Sequence record: OZ035736.1
Length of the DNA stretch: 40,525 nucleotides
Reading direction: 5' to 3' (one strand)
Source: Przondovirus NAN33P6
Translations under genes and position numbers: made by a program
Part shown: positions 17,066 through 26,419 of the stretch, one piece after another
Layout of the letters: each line of letters starts with the position of its first letter
Position numbering within the stretch: position 1 is the stretch's first letter
Notes under the pieces: model-generated
Databases searched by the model: none
Seen by the model: the letters and a program-made list of their open reading frames with translations, nothing else
What the model was told of the DNA's origin: nothing

Positions 17066-19180
17066 ATGTTAGTAACCGATATCGAGGCCAACAACCTCTT
17101 AGAGAAAGTCACTCAGTTCCACTGTGGGGTCATCTATGACTACAGTACGGACGAGTACGTATCGTATCGACCTTGGGACTTCTCAGCGTATCTCGATGCG
17201 TTAGAAGCTGAGGTGGCTCGTGGTGGTCTCATCGTATTCCACAACGGTCACAAGTACGATTCCCCAGTGTTAACCAAGCTGGCCAAGCTCCAGTTAAATC
17301 GAGAGTTCCACCTGCCGCGCGAGAACGTAGTGGACACGCTGGTGCTCAGTCGTTTACTGTTTGCGAACATCAAAGATTCCGACATGGCCCTGCTGCGTTC
17401 CGGTAAGTTACCCGGTAAGCGCTTCGGGTCTCACGCTCTGGAGGCATGGGGTTACCGCTTAGGTGAGATGAAGGGTGAATACAAGGATGACTTCAAGAAG
17501 CTCCTTGAGGAACAGGGAGAGGACTATGTGGACGGTGCTGAGTGGATTAGCTTCAACGAGCCGATGATGGACTATAACGTTCAGGACGTTGTGGTTACCA
17601 AGGCGCTGTTAGAGAAACTTCTGAGCGATAAGCACTACTTCCCAGCTGGCATAGACTTCACGGATGTTGGTGAGACAACCTTCTGGTCAGAGTCCTGTGA
17701 GGCCGTCTGGTTGGAACACCGGGCCGCTTGGTTACTCGCTAAGCAGGAGCGCAACGGATTCCCGTTCAACACCAAGGCCATCGAGGAACTCTACGTTGAA
17801 CTCGCTGGTCGTCGTTCTGAACTCCTTCAGACACTCACCGACACTTTCGGAACTTGGTATCAGCCTAAGGGTGGCACTGAGTTATTCCTGCACCCGCGAA
17901 CTGGGAAGCCTCTGGGGAAATACCCGCGAGTGAAGTACCCGAAGCAGGGTGCCATCTACAAGAAACCAAAGAACAAAGCTCAGCGTGATGGTCGTGAACC
18001 CTGCGAGCTGGACACTCGGGATTACGTAGAGGGCGCCCCATATACACCAGTAGAGCACGTTGTGTTCAACCCTAGTAGCCGAGACCACATTGCGCTCAAG
18101 CTGAAGGAAGCCGGATGGGTACCGACAGAGTTCACCGATAAAGGTGCACCTAAGGTAGACGACGAGGTCCTTGAGCATGTGCGTGTGGAAGACCCTGAGA
18201 AGCAGCGCTGCATCGACCTCATCAAAGAGTACCTGATGATACAGAAGCGTATCGGTCAGGCGGCTGAGGGCGACAAAGCGTGGCTACGTTACGTTCAAGA
18301 GGATGGTAAAATCCATGGTTCAGTCAATCCAAATGGGGCCGTTACTGGCCGAGCAACACACAGTTTTCCTAACCTCGGACAAGTTCCCGGAGTCCGTTCT
18401 CCTTATGGTGAACCTTGCCGGGCAGCATTCGGAGCTGAACATCACCTTGATGGGATTACTGGAAAACCTTGGATTCAAGCAGGTATCGACGCCAGCGGTC
18501 TTGAATTGCGGTGTCTCGCCCACTTTATGTCCAAGTACGATAATGGAGATTACGCGGACGTTATCCTCAATGGTGACATTCACACAGTCAATCAACAGGC
18601 CGCTGAGCTTCCGACTCGTGACAACGCGAAGACCTTTATCTACGGATTCCTTTACGGAGCAGGCGATGAGAAGATTGGACAAATCGTTGGAGCAGGTAAG
18701 GAACGCGGAAAGGAACTCAAGAAGAAATTCCTTGAGAACACCCCAGCAATCGCAGCGTTGCGTGAAGGAATCCAGCAGACCCTCGTCGAGTCATCCAGAT
18801 GGGTCGCAGGAGAGCAGAAGGTCAAGTGGAAACGACGCTGGATTAAGGGACTGGATGGAAGAAAGGTACACGTTCGGTCACCACATGCCGCGCTCAACAC
18901 GTTGCTTCAGTCAGCGGGTGCGCTCATTTGTAAGCTGTGGATTGTCGAGACTGAAGAGTTGCTTCTTAAAGCAGGATTGAAGCACGGATGGGATGGCGAC
19001 TTCGCCTACATGGCGTGGGTCCACGATGAGATTCAAGTTGCGTGCCGGACCCCAGAGATTGCACAGCAGGTGATTGACACAGCGCAACAAGCTATGCGCA
19101 ACGTTGGGGAACACTTTAAGTTCCGTTGCCGTCTGGATACAGAAGGTAAGATGGGTCCTAACTGGGCCGTATGTCACTAA
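17066..19180 (+). CDS. 5: DNA polymerase (family A, with 3'-5' exonuclease), T7 gp5 homolog
   Basis: 704 aa; near-identical over long runs to recalled T7 gp5 (DIEAN.LLE.VT.FHCGVIYDYST.EYVSYRP, KIHGSVNPNGAVTGRATH, DASGLELRCLAHFM, C-terminal GKMGPNWA.CH). Confidence 0.97.
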   Translation: MLVTDIEANNLLEKVTQFHCGVIYDYSTDEYVSYRPWDFSAYLDALEAEVARGGLIVFHNGHKYDSPVLTKLAKLQLNREFHLPRENVVDTLVLSRLLFANIKDSDMALLRSGKLPGKRFGSHALEAWGYRLGEMKGEYKDDFKKLLEEQGEDYVDGAEWISFNEPMMDYNVQDVVVTKALLEKLLSDKHYFPAGIDFTDVGETTFWSESCEAVWLEHRAAWLLAKQERNGFPFNTKAIEELYVELAGRRSELLQTLTDTFGTWYQPKGGTELFLHPRTGKPLGKYPRVKYPKQGAIYKKPKNKAQRDGREPCELDTRDYVEGAPYTPVEHVVFNPSSRDHIALKLKEAGWVPTEFTDKGAPKVDDEVLEHVRVEDPEKQRCIDLIKEYLMIQKRIGQAAEGDKAWLRYVQEDGKIHGSVNPNGAVTGRATHSFPNLGQVPGVRSPYGEPCRAAFGAEHHLDGITGKPWIQAGIDASGLELRCLAHFMSKYDNGDYADVILNGDIHTVNQQAAELPTRDNAKTFIYGFLYGAGDEKIGQIVGAGKERGKELKKKFLENTPAIAALREGIQQTLVESSRWVAGEQKVKWKRRWIKGLDGRKVHVRSPHAALNTLLQSAGALICKLWIVETEELLLKAGLKHGWDGDFAYMAWVHDEIQVACRTPEIAQQVIDTAQQAMRNVGEHFKFRCRLDTEGKMGPNWAVCH

Positions 19181-19198
19181 TAATACAGGAGATTTATC

Positions 19199-19486
19199 AT
19201 GGCTATTACCAAGTGTGTACATGTGAGTTTTGATGCTAAGTTGGTACTGTCTACCGAAGACGTCGAGAAGATTACTAAAGACCTAGTGGTAGCCTCCAAG
19301 GGTTTCCTTGGGGGTGAGCCGACAGATGGTTGGAAGCTGGCTGGTATCGAGGCTGCTGTAACTGATGGGCCGGAAGCAGCAATCGAGCTGGCACTGAAGG
19401 GAATCATCGCCAAAGAGCTTAAGGCTTTACTGAACGAGATGAAGTTCAACTCCTTCGGTAACTTCCGAGTGGGGTTCAAGCAATGA
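19199..19486 (+). CDS. Small protein, possibly gp5.5-like
   Basis: 95 aa; position and size as T7 gene 5.5; similarity not confirmed. Confidence 0.45.
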   Translation: MAITKCVHVSFDAKLVLSTEDVEKITKDLVVASKGFLGGEPTDGWKLAGIEAAVTDGPEAAIELALKGIIAKELKALLNEMKFNSFGNFRVGFKQ

Positions 19487-19692
19487 GTGAGTACCTCAAA
19501 GTTCTGGCGGCCCTCAAGGGCTGCCCTAAGTCCTTCCAGTCGAACTACGTACGTAACAACGCTGCGTTAGTCGCTGAGGCTGCGAGCCGTGGTCACATTT
19601 CGTGTCTGACCATGAGTGGTCGTAACGGTGGCGCTTGGGAAATTACCAGTGCCGGAGTGAAATTCCTTAAGACACATGGAGGTTGCCTGTGA
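19483..19692 (+). CDS. 5.7: T7 gp5.7 homolog
   Basis: 69 aa; MSEYL.VL.A.K.CPK.FQSNYVRNNA.LVAEAASRGHISCL..SGRNGGAWEIT closely matches recalled T7 gp5.7. Confidence 0.9.
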   Translation: MSEYLKVLAALKGCPKSFQSNYVRNNAALVAEAASRGHISCLTMSGRNGGAWEITSAGVKFLKTHGGCL

Positions 19693-20594
19693 GTAAGCAC
19701 ACATTGTTATCCTTCAGCGACTACCGGGCAACCCAGAAGATTGCCAAGGGTGTCCTTGTGATGGATGGTGACTGGCTGGTATTCCAAGCCATGAGTGCCG
19801 CTGAGTTCGATGCCTCTTGGGAGGAAGAGATTTGGCACCGCTGCTGTGACCACGCTAAGGCCCGTGAGATTCTGGAGAACTCCATCGAGTCCTACAAGGG
19901 CCGCAAGAAGGCATGGAAGAATGCAGACGTTATCCTAGCGTTCACCGACCGTGTCAACTGGCGCAAGCTGCTGGTGGACCCAACGTACAAAGAGAACCGA
20001 GCAGTCGTCAAGAAACCTGTGGGTTACTTCGAGTTCCTTGAGTACGTCTTCGAGACCTACACGTGCGTCCTTGAGCCTCAGCTCGAAGGCGATGACGTGA
20101 TGGGCATCATCGGGTCTAACCCTCTCGTATACAACTACGAGAAGGCCGTACTGGTCTCCTGTGACAAGGACTTTAAGACCGTCCCGGATTGTGACTTCCT
20201 GTGGTGTACCACTGGTAACATCCTCGTACAGACTCGGGAGACAGCCGACTACTGGCATCTCTTCCAGACCATCAAGGGTGACATCACCGATGGTTACGGT
20301 GGGATTCCCGGATGGGGCGATACCGCCGAGGACTTCCTCAAGGAACCCTTCATTGTGGAGCCAGTAACGTCCGTGCTGAAGTCCGGTAAGAACAAGGGCC
20401 AAGAGGTAACCAAGTGGGTGAAACGCTCTCCTGAGCCGGAAGAGACGCTCTGGGACTGCATTAAGTCCATTGGTGCCAAAGCAGGGATGACCGAAGCGGA
20501 AGTAATCAAGCAGGGCCAGATGGCTCGCATCCTCCGTTCTGATGAGTACAACATCGAGACTGGGGAGATTACTCTATGGCAACCGGGCAGCTGA
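19689..20594 (+). CDS. 6: 5'-3' exonuclease, T7 gp6 homolog
   Basis: ILVMDGDWLVFQAMSAAEFDASWEEEIWHRCCDHAKAR, KKPVGYFEFL, CDKDFKT.P.CDFLWCTTGNIL, TLWDCIKSIGAKAGMTE match T7 gp6; start inferred as GTG 19689 (GGAGG at 19678-19682, overlaps the 5.7 stop); ORF track starts at TTG 19683. Confidence 0.93.
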   Translation: MSKHTLLSFSDYRATQKIAKGVLVMDGDWLVFQAMSAAEFDASWEEEIWHRCCDHAKAREILENSIESYKGRKKAWKNADVILAFTDRVNWRKLLVDPTYKENRAVVKKPVGYFEFLEYVFETYTCVLEPQLEGDDVMGIIGSNPLVYNYEKAVLVSCDKDFKTVPDCDFLWCTTGNILVQTRETADYWHLFQTIKGDITDGYGGIPGWGDTAEDFLKEPFIVEPVTSVLKSGKNKGQEVTKWVKRSPEPEETLWDCIKSIGAKAGMTEAEVIKQGQMARILRSDEYNIETGEITLWQPGS

Positions 20595-20686
20595 TTCTTA
20601 TCGTCCTGACCATGGGCTTAATCGCTCGTGGTCTCTGGATGTTGGCCTTGATTATCAAGCAGATAGTCGAGCACAAAGCAGAGTGA
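20576..20686 (+). CDS. 6.3: T7 gp6.3-like small hydrophobic protein
   Basis: 36 aa MATGQLILIVLTMGLIARGLWMLALIIKQIVEHKAE; overlaps the 3' end of gene 6 as T7 gene 6.3 does. Confidence 0.55.
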   Translation: MATGQLILIVLTMGLIARGLWMLALIIKQIVEHKAE

Positions 20687-20702
20687 TAAACTCATGGGCA
20701 CT

Positions 20703-20725
20703 AATTAGGTAGCACTATAGGGAAG
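20703..20725 (+). promoter_or_regulatory. Phage RNAP promoter (phi6.5-like) embedded in a hairpin
   Basis: AATTAGGTAGCACTATAGGGAAG; flanked by inverted repeat GGGCACT (20695-20701) and AGTGCCC (20724-20730). Confidence 0.75.
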
Positions 20726-20772
20726 TGCCCATTATGATTATTACTTAAAGATTACTTAAAGAGGAGACTCAA

Positions 20773-21018
20773 ATGTTAAAACCTATAGAGCACATCCTTA
20801 ACAATCCTAATGACCTTCCTGACGTACCGCGAGCTGTCAAGGAGTACCTACAGTCTCGCTACAATGCTGACTTCCTGTATCAGTCAGAGGTCCGTAAGCT
20901 GCGTGAGGCTGGCCACAGCGAGGAGTTCATCTCCGGGGTACTGTATGGTCACTACATGGCTTCTCGTGTCCTCGACGAGATGGAGGGACGCCAGCGTGCA
21001 CTCAAAGAAGGAGATTGA
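20773..21018 (+). CDS. 6.5: Probable gp6.5 homolog
   Basis: 81 aa; position downstream of phi6.5 and size match T7 gp6.5; AAGAGGAG RBS. Confidence 0.6.
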   Translation: MLKPIEHILNNPNDLPDVPRAVKEYLQSRYNADFLYQSEVRKLREAGHSEEFISGVLYGHYMASRVLDEMEGRQRALKEGD

Positions 21019-21020
21019 TT

Positions 21021-21242
21021 ATGTGTTTCTCACCTAAGATGAAAGCACCTAAGGTCGACACGACGACTGTCCCTGAGCCAGCTCCGCTAACCGAGGAACC
21101 TAGGGGTGTCCAGTACGGTGGAGACGAGGACTCAAACAGCACCACTCCCGAGGTGTCAGGTCGTAAGTCACTCAAGGTGACCAAGACGACCGAGCCTACA
21201 GGGTCCGTCAGTAAAATCCGTAAGTCAGCTTTAGGAGGCTAA
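21021..21242 (+). CDS. 6.7: T7 gp6.7 homolog (small virion protein)
   Basis: 73 aa from ATG 21021; MCFSPK..APK.DT......EPAPLT.E...V.YGG......T.EVSGRK.LKV matches recalled T7 gp6.7. Confidence 0.8.
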   Translation: MCFSPKMKAPKVDTTTVPEPAPLTEEPRGVQYGGDEDSNSTTPEVSGRKSLKVTKTTEPTGSVSKIRKSALGG

Positions 21243-21243
21243 C

Positions 21244-21504
21244 ATGGGACTGTTTAAGAAAATCAAGAAGGCTATCTCCAAGGTAGTCAAGGCACCACTC
21301 AAGGCCGTTGGTCTGGCAGCAGATGCACCCAATGTGCAAACAGCCGCTGAGACACCTGTGGCCGCACCTCAGGAAGCACCGAAAGAGGTCGTGGAGGACG
21401 TTGAATCTTCAGCAGACACTGAGTCCGGCAAGAAGAAAACTCGCGCCTCCGGCAAGAAGTCCCTCTCAGTTTCCCGCAGCTCTGGCGGTGGGATTAACTT
21501 ATGA
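21244..21504 (+). CDS. 7.3: T7 gp7.3 homolog (tail-associated protein)
   Basis: 86 aa; lysine-rich N-terminus and C-terminal ...ASGKKSLSVSRSSGGGINL match recalled T7 gp7.3 (...GGKKSLSVARSSGGGINI). Confidence 0.8.
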   Translation: MGLFKKIKKAISKVVKAPLKAVGLAADAPNVQTAAETPVAAPQEAPKEVVEDVESSADTESGKKKTRASGKKSLSVSRSSGGGINL

Positions 21505-21527
21505 TTGGTTACGGGGAGGGCTAACAA

Positions 21528-23135
21528 ATGGCAGAAGTTAAACTCGAAGGCTTCGCAGAGGAGGGAGCCAAGGCGGTATACGACCGTCTGAAGAACGACC
21601 GACAGCCTTACGAGACACGAGCAGAGTCCTGTGCGCAGTACACGATTCCCTCACTGTTCCCTAAGGATTCCGATAACGCATCGACCGATTACACGACTCC
21701 GTGGCAATCCGTAGGTGCTCGCGGGCTGAACAACCTAGCGTCCAAGCTGATGCTGGCCCTGTTCCCGATGCAATCATGGATGAAGTTGACCATTAGCGAA
21801 TACGAAGCGAAGAACCTTCTGGGTGACGCCGAGGGTCTCGCTAAGGTCGATGAGGGCCTCTCAATGGTAGAGCGCATCATCATGAACTACATCGAGTCCA
21901 ACAGTTATCGAGTGACTCTCTTTGAGTGCTTGAAGCAACTGTGTGTGGCTGGCAACGCGCTGCTTTACTTACCGGAGCCTGAGGGTTATACCCCGATGAA
22001 GCTCTATCGGCTGAACTCGTATGTGGTCCAGCGAGACGCTTTCGGTAACGTGCTCCAGATTGTCACACTCGACAAGATTGCGTTCAATGCGCTCCCTGAA
22101 GACGTTCGTGGTCAGGTGGAAGCGGCTCAAGGTGAGCAGAAGGAAGACGCTGAGATTGACGTCTACACCCACGTGTACCTGAACGAAGCCGGGGATGGCT
22201 ACTCGAAGTACGAAGAGGTTGCCGAAGAGGTAGTTCCGGGCAGTGAGGCCGAGTACCCGCTCGAAGAGTGTCCGTACATTCCGGTCCGCATGGTCCGCAT
22301 CGACGGTGAATCCTACGGTCGTTCCTACGTGGAAGAGTATCTGGGCGACCTCAAGTCCCTAGAGAACCTGCAAGAGTCCATCGTTAAGATGGCGATGATT
22401 ACCGCTAAGGTTATCGGTCTGGTAGACCCGGCAGGTATCACTCAGGTTCGCCGACTCACAGCAGCACAGTCTGGTGCGTTCGTACCGGGCCGTAAGCAGG
22501 ACATTGAGTTCCTCCAGCTGGAGAAGTCCGGCGACTTTACCGTAGCGAAGAACGTAAGCGACACCATTGAGGCGCGCCTCTCGTATGCCTTTATGCTCAA
22601 CAGTGCGGTACAACGTACAGGCGAGCGAGTCACAGCCGAAGAGATTCGGTACGTGGCGTCAGAGCTGGAAGATACCCTAGGTGGTGTCTACTCGATTCTC
22701 TCACAGGAACTCCAGCTGCCTCTGGTAAGAGTGCTCTTGAAGCAACTACAAGCCACGCAGCAAATCCCGGAGTTACCTAAAGAGGCCGTCGAGCCAACTA
22801 TCAGCACTGGCCTTGAGGCTATCGGACGTGGGCAGGACCTTGACAAGCTGGAGCGCTGCATTGCTGCATGGTCAGCTCTTAAGTCCCTCGAAGGCGATGA
22901 TGACCTCAACTTGGCTAACCTCAAGTTACGCATCGCTAACGCTATCGGACTCGACACTGCTGGTATGCTTCTCACTCAGGAGCAGAAGAATGCCCTTATG
23001 GCACAGCAAGGCGCTCAGATTGCTACACAGCAAGGGGCCGCAGCGTTGGGTCAGGGGATGGCCGCACAGGCTACTGCAAGTCCTGAAGCGATGGCCGCTG
23101 CGGCTGATTCAGTCGGTATGCAACCGGGCATGTAA
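21528..23135 (+). CDS. 8: Portal (head-tail connector) protein, T7 gp8 homolog
   Basis: 535 aa; long identical runs to recalled T7 gp8 (YTIPSLFPKDSDNASTDY.TPWQ.VGARGLNNLASKLMLALFPMQ, VQRTGERVTAEEIRYVASELEDTLGGVYSILSQELQLPLVRVLLKQLQATQQIPELPKEAVEPTISTGLEAIGRGQDLDKLERC). Confidence 0.97.
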   Translation: MAEVKLEGFAEEGAKAVYDRLKNDRQPYETRAESCAQYTIPSLFPKDSDNASTDYTTPWQSVGARGLNNLASKLMLALFPMQSWMKLTISEYEAKNLLGDAEGLAKVDEGLSMVERIIMNYIESNSYRVTLFECLKQLCVAGNALLYLPEPEGYTPMKLYRLNSYVVQRDAFGNVLQIVTLDKIAFNALPEDVRGQVEAAQGEQKEDAEIDVYTHVYLNEAGDGYSKYEEVAEEVVPGSEAEYPLEECPYIPVRMVRIDGESYGRSYVEEYLGDLKSLENLQESIVKMAMITAKVIGLVDPAGITQVRRLTAAQSGAFVPGRKQDIEFLQLEKSGDFTVAKNVSDTIEARLSYAFMLNSAVQRTGERVTAEEIRYVASELEDTLGGVYSILSQELQLPLVRVLLKQLQATQQIPELPKEAVEPTISTGLEAIGRGQDLDKLERCIAAWSALKSLEGDDDLNLANLKLRIANAIGLDTAGMLLTQEQKNALMAQQGAQIATQQGAAALGQGMAAQATASPEAMAAAADSVGMQPGM

Positions 23136-23156
23136 TTAGGTAGCACTATAGGGAGA
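23134..23156 (+). promoter_or_regulatory. Phage RNAP promoter (phi9-like)
   Basis: AATTAGGTAGCACTATAGGGAGA exact consensus. Confidence 0.85.
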
Positions 23157-23250
23157 CCGAACGTAAGACCACTCAAGCCGACCTTAGGGTAGCCGTTGAG
23201 TGAACACTGCTAGTAAGTCTCCGCTTAGTCTTAACTTTAAGGAGATTGAA

Positions 23251-24207
23251 ATGGCTGGCGAATCTAACGCAGACGTATACGCATCCTTCGGTGTCAACAG
23301 TGCTGTACTGACTGGTAGTACACCTGAGGAGCACCAAGAAAACATGTTGGCTCTTGATGTTGCTGCCCGTGATGGCGATGATGCAATCGAGCTGAACACC
23401 AACAGTGATGACCTGTATGGCTCCGATGTGGACCCGTTCGGTGAACCTGAAGAGGGCCGAATGCAGGTCCGTATCTCCGCTGACGGTTCAGACGAACAGG
23501 AAGGCGAAGAGGGTCAGGGTGATGAAGAACAGCAGGGCGATGAAGAGAGTCAGTCGGAGGAAGTAACCGACGATGGTGAACCTGAAGAGTTCAAGCCTAT
23601 TGGCGAAACTCCGGCTGACATCAACGAAGCCTCTCAGCAGCTGGAAGAACACGAAGCTGGCTTTAACGACATGGTTGCCACTGCAATAGAACGCGGTCTC
23701 TCACAGGATGCTGTGACCCGTATTCAGCAGGAGTACCAGAACGAAGACAGTTTGTCCGATGAGTCTTACCGAGAGCTGGCCGAGGCGGGCTACAGTAAGG
23801 CGTTCGTCGATGCGTACATTCGTGGTCAGGAAGCTCTGGTCAACCAGTACGTAGAGAAAGTGATGGACTTCGTGGGAGGCCGTGAGCGCTTCCAGCAGGT
23901 CTACAGCCACATGCAGACCAATAACCATGAGGGTGCCGAGGCGCTCATCAAGGCTTTTGAGTCTCGTGATGTAGCCACCATGAAGACGATTCTGAACCTA
24001 GCGGGACAGTCTCGTGATAAAACCTTTGGTAAGAAAGCTGAACGCTCTATTGCCAAGCGTGCTACCCCAGCGAAACCTGTGGCCCGTAAAGCTGAAGGCT
24101 TCGAGTCTCAGGCTGAGATGATTAAAGCTATGTCAGACCCACGTTACCGCACCGACTCCAAGTACCGTCGTGAAGTGGAACAGAAGGTTATCGACTCTAA
24201 GTTTTAA
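23251..24207 (+). CDS. 9: Capsid assembly (scaffolding) protein, T7 gp9 homolog
   Basis: 318 aa from ATG 23251 (AAGGAG RBS); SNADVYASFGVNSAV, ENMLALDVAARDGDDAIEL, acidic middle, C-terminal MIKAMSDPRYRTD..YRR.VEQKVIDS match T7 gp9. Confidence 0.93.
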   Translation: MAGESNADVYASFGVNSAVLTGSTPEEHQENMLALDVAARDGDDAIELNTNSDDLYGSDVDPFGEPEEGRMQVRISADGSDEQEGEEGQGDEEQQGDEESQSEEVTDDGEPEEFKPIGETPADINEASQQLEEHEAGFNDMVATAIERGLSQDAVTRIQQEYQNEDSLSDESYRELAEAGYSKAFVDAYIRGQEALVNQYVEKVMDFVGGRERFQQVYSHMQTNNHEGAEALIKAFESRDVATMKTILNLAGQSRDKTFGKKAERSIAKRATPAKPVARKAEGFESQAEMIKAMSDPRYRTDSKYRREVEQKVIDSKF

Positions 24208-24228
24208 TTAGGTAGCACTATAGGGAGA
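24206..24228 (+). promoter_or_regulatory. Phage RNAP promoter (phi10-like)
   Basis: AATTAGGTAGCACTATAGGGAGA exact consensus; followed by an unusually long leader of about 210 nt before gene 10. Confidence 0.85.
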
Positions 24229-24441
24229 CTGACAACCTCGCAATAACGGCGACCATTCGTCAGGTGCGAGACTGTGCTATCAGATAGACTAGGAGATTAT
24301 GGGTGAGACCTAGACTCCCTTCGAGTTACACAATGAGTATCACCTCGTTTCAAGTAGTACCTCAATAGCTTGGCAACGATAGGCCCGTTTGGTCAGCGTA
24401 ATGACTAATTCTATTCTTTAAACAACATAAGGAGATTCAAC

Positions 24442-25473
24442 ATGGCTAACATGCAAGGTGGACAGCAGCTCGGTACTAACCAAGGTAAAGGTCAATCCGC
24501 AGCAGACAAGCTGGCGCTATTCCTGAAAGTATTCGGCGGTGAAGTCCTGACCGCATTCGCTCGTACCTCTGTGACCGCCAACCGTCACATGCAGCGTCAA
24601 ATCAGCTCCGGTAAGTCCGCACAGTTCCCTGTGATTGGTCGCACCAAGGCTGCTTACCTGCAACCGGGCGAGTCTCTGGATGACAAACGTAAAGACATCA
24701 AGCACACCGAGAAGACCATTAACATTGATGGCCTGCTGACTGCGGACGTGCTGATTTACGACATCGAAGACGCGATGAACCACTATGACGTGCGCTCCGA
24801 GTACACCTCTCAGATTGGTGAGTCTCTGGCGATGGCAGCTGATGGTGCGGTACTGGCTGAGCTGGCTGGTCTGGTTAACCTCGCGGATTCCGTCAACGAG
24901 AACATCGCTGGTCTGGGCAAACCGTCCCTGCTGGAAGTTGGCGCTAAGGCTGACCTGACCGACCCGGTCAAACTGGGCCAAGCGGTTATCGCACAGCTGA
25001 CCATCGCTCGTGCAGCTCTGACCAAGAACTACGTCCCGGCGAACGACCGTACGTTCTACACCACCCCGGACGTATACTCTGCGATTCTGGCGGCTCTGAT
25101 GCCTAACGCTGCGAACTATGCGGCTCTGATTGACCCTGAGCGTGGTTCTATCCGTAACGTGATGGGCTTCGAGGTCGTCGAGGTTCCGCACCTGACCGCT
25201 GGTGGTGCTGGTGATGACCGCCCGGACGAAGGCGCAGAAGCGACCAACCAGAAGCACGCCTTCCCGGCAACTGGTGGTAAAGTCAACAAAGAGAACGTTG
25301 TGGGCCTGTTCCAGCACCGTTCCGCTGTTGGTACCGTTAAGCTGAAAGACCTCGCTCTGGAGCGTGCTCGCCGCGCTGAGTATCAGGCTGACCAGATTAT
25401 CGCTAAGTATGCGATGGGCCATGGTGGTCTGCGTCCAGAATCTGCTGGTGCACTGGTTTTCACAGCAGCCTAA
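24442..25473 (+). CDS. 10A: Major capsid protein, T7 gp10A homolog
   Basis: 343 aa; AAGGAG RBS; broad similarity to T7 gp10A; ends ...HGGLRPESAGALVFTAA with GGTTTTC heptamer at 25455-25461. Confidence 0.95.
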   Translation: MANMQGGQQLGTNQGKGQSAADKLALFLKVFGGEVLTAFARTSVTANRHMQRQISSGKSAQFPVIGRTKAAYLQPGESLDDKRKDIKHTEKTINIDGLLTADVLIYDIEDAMNHYDVRSEYTSQIGESLAMAADGAVLAELAGLVNLADSVNENIAGLGKPSLLEVGAKADLTDPVKLGQAVIAQLTIARAALTKNYVPANDRTFYTTPDVYSAILAALMPNAANYAALIDPERGSIRNVMGFEVVEVPHLTAGGAGDDRPDEGAEATNQKHAFPATGGKVNKENVVGLFQHRSAVGTVKLKDLALERARRAEYQADQIIAKYAMGHGGLRPESAGALVFTAA

Positions 25474-25751
25474 GCGTAAATACCTTTAGTGCTCGGACGG
25501 TAACTCCGTCTGAGTACGAGGTACAGACTGTGACCATTGCTGGTGATTCACTTAAGGTGACACTTGATGGGCTGGAGGGAGTAACGGACTGGTCAACCCT
25601 TGAGGTAACTTACGGTACTTCCGGGATTGCCAGCCATACTCGCCGGACCAACACGCTGTACTTCAAAGGAATCGCTGTGGGCGAAACTCTAGTGACTGTC
25701 AGCTTTGACGGGTCTGAAAGGAAGTCCTTTAAGCTGGTCGTGACTAATTAA
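24442..25751 (+). CDS. 10B: Minor capsid protein gp10B-like, predicted product of a -1 frameshift near the end of 10A
   Basis: Heptamer G_GTT_TTC at 25455-25461; the -1 frame is open from 25461 to the stop at 25749-25751 (covers ORF 25530..25751); mirrors the T7 10A/10B arrangement. Confidence 0.6.
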
Positions 25752-25763
25752 AACTAAGCCAAA

Positions 25764-25801
25764 CCCCTTGGGGACCACTCACGGTCTCTGAGGGGTTTTT
25801 T
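25764..25801 (+). terminator. T-phi-like intrinsic terminator downstream of gene 10
   Basis: CCCCTTGGGGACCACTCACGGTCTCTGAGGGG hairpin followed by TTTTTT; close to recalled T7 T-phi. Confidence 0.85.
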
Positions 25802-25818
25802 CGTTAGGAGCTTACATT

Positions 25819-26397
25819 ATGAACATGCAAGATGCTTACTTTGGGTCTGCCGCTGAGCTGGATGCTGTCAACGAGATGCTCGCAGCTATCGGTGAATCCC
25901 CGGTGACAACCCTTGACGAAGATGGTAGTGCAGACGTGGCGAACGCTCGTCGTATCCTCAACAGGATTAACCGCCAGATTCAGTCTAAAGGTTGGGCCTT
26001 CAACATCAACGAGTCGGCCACACTGACCCCGGACGCCAGCACTGGGCTTATCCCATTCCGCCCTGCCTACCTGTCCATACTTGGTGGCCAGTACGTTAAC
26101 CGTGGTGGCTGGGTGTACGATAAGTCCACAGGGACGGACACCTTCTCTGGACCAATCACCGTGACCCTGATTACCCTTCAGGACTACGACGAGATGCCTG
26201 AGTGTTTCCGCCAGTGGATTGTCACCAAGGCCAGCCGCCAGTTCAACTCTCGGTTCTTCGGAGCGGAGGACGTAGAGAACTCTCTGGCACAGGAAGAGAT
26301 GGAAGCACGGATGGCGTGCAACGAGTACGAGATGGACTTCGGACAGTACAACATGCTCGACGGTGACGCATACGTTCAGGGTCTCATCGGTCGTTAA
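25819..26397 (+). CDS. 11: Tail tubular protein A, T7 gp11 homolog
   Basis: 192 aa; [78 protein letters not shown] match T7 gp11. Confidence 0.95.
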   Translation: MNMQDAYFGSAAELDAVNEMLAAIGESPVTTLDEDGSADVANARRILNRINRQIQSKGWAFNINESATLTPDASTGLIPFRPAYLSILGGQYVNRGGWVYDKSTGTDTFSGPITVTLITLQDYDEMPECFRQWIVTKASRQFNSRFFGAEDVENSLAQEEMEARMACNEYEMDFGQYNMLDGDAYVQGLIGR

Positions 26398-26419
26398 TCA
26401 GAAACTTAAGGAGGACCAA

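Noticed and set aside
23200-23250. Upstream extension of the scaffold gene ORF (start at 23200)
   Set aside because: The AAGGAG RBS and homology to T7 gp9 point to the ATG at 23251; the listed start is an artefact of the longest open frame.
24517-25422. 301-aa ORF on the minus strand
   Set aside because: Lies entirely antisense within the major capsid gene; codon-biased shadow of a highly expressed gene.
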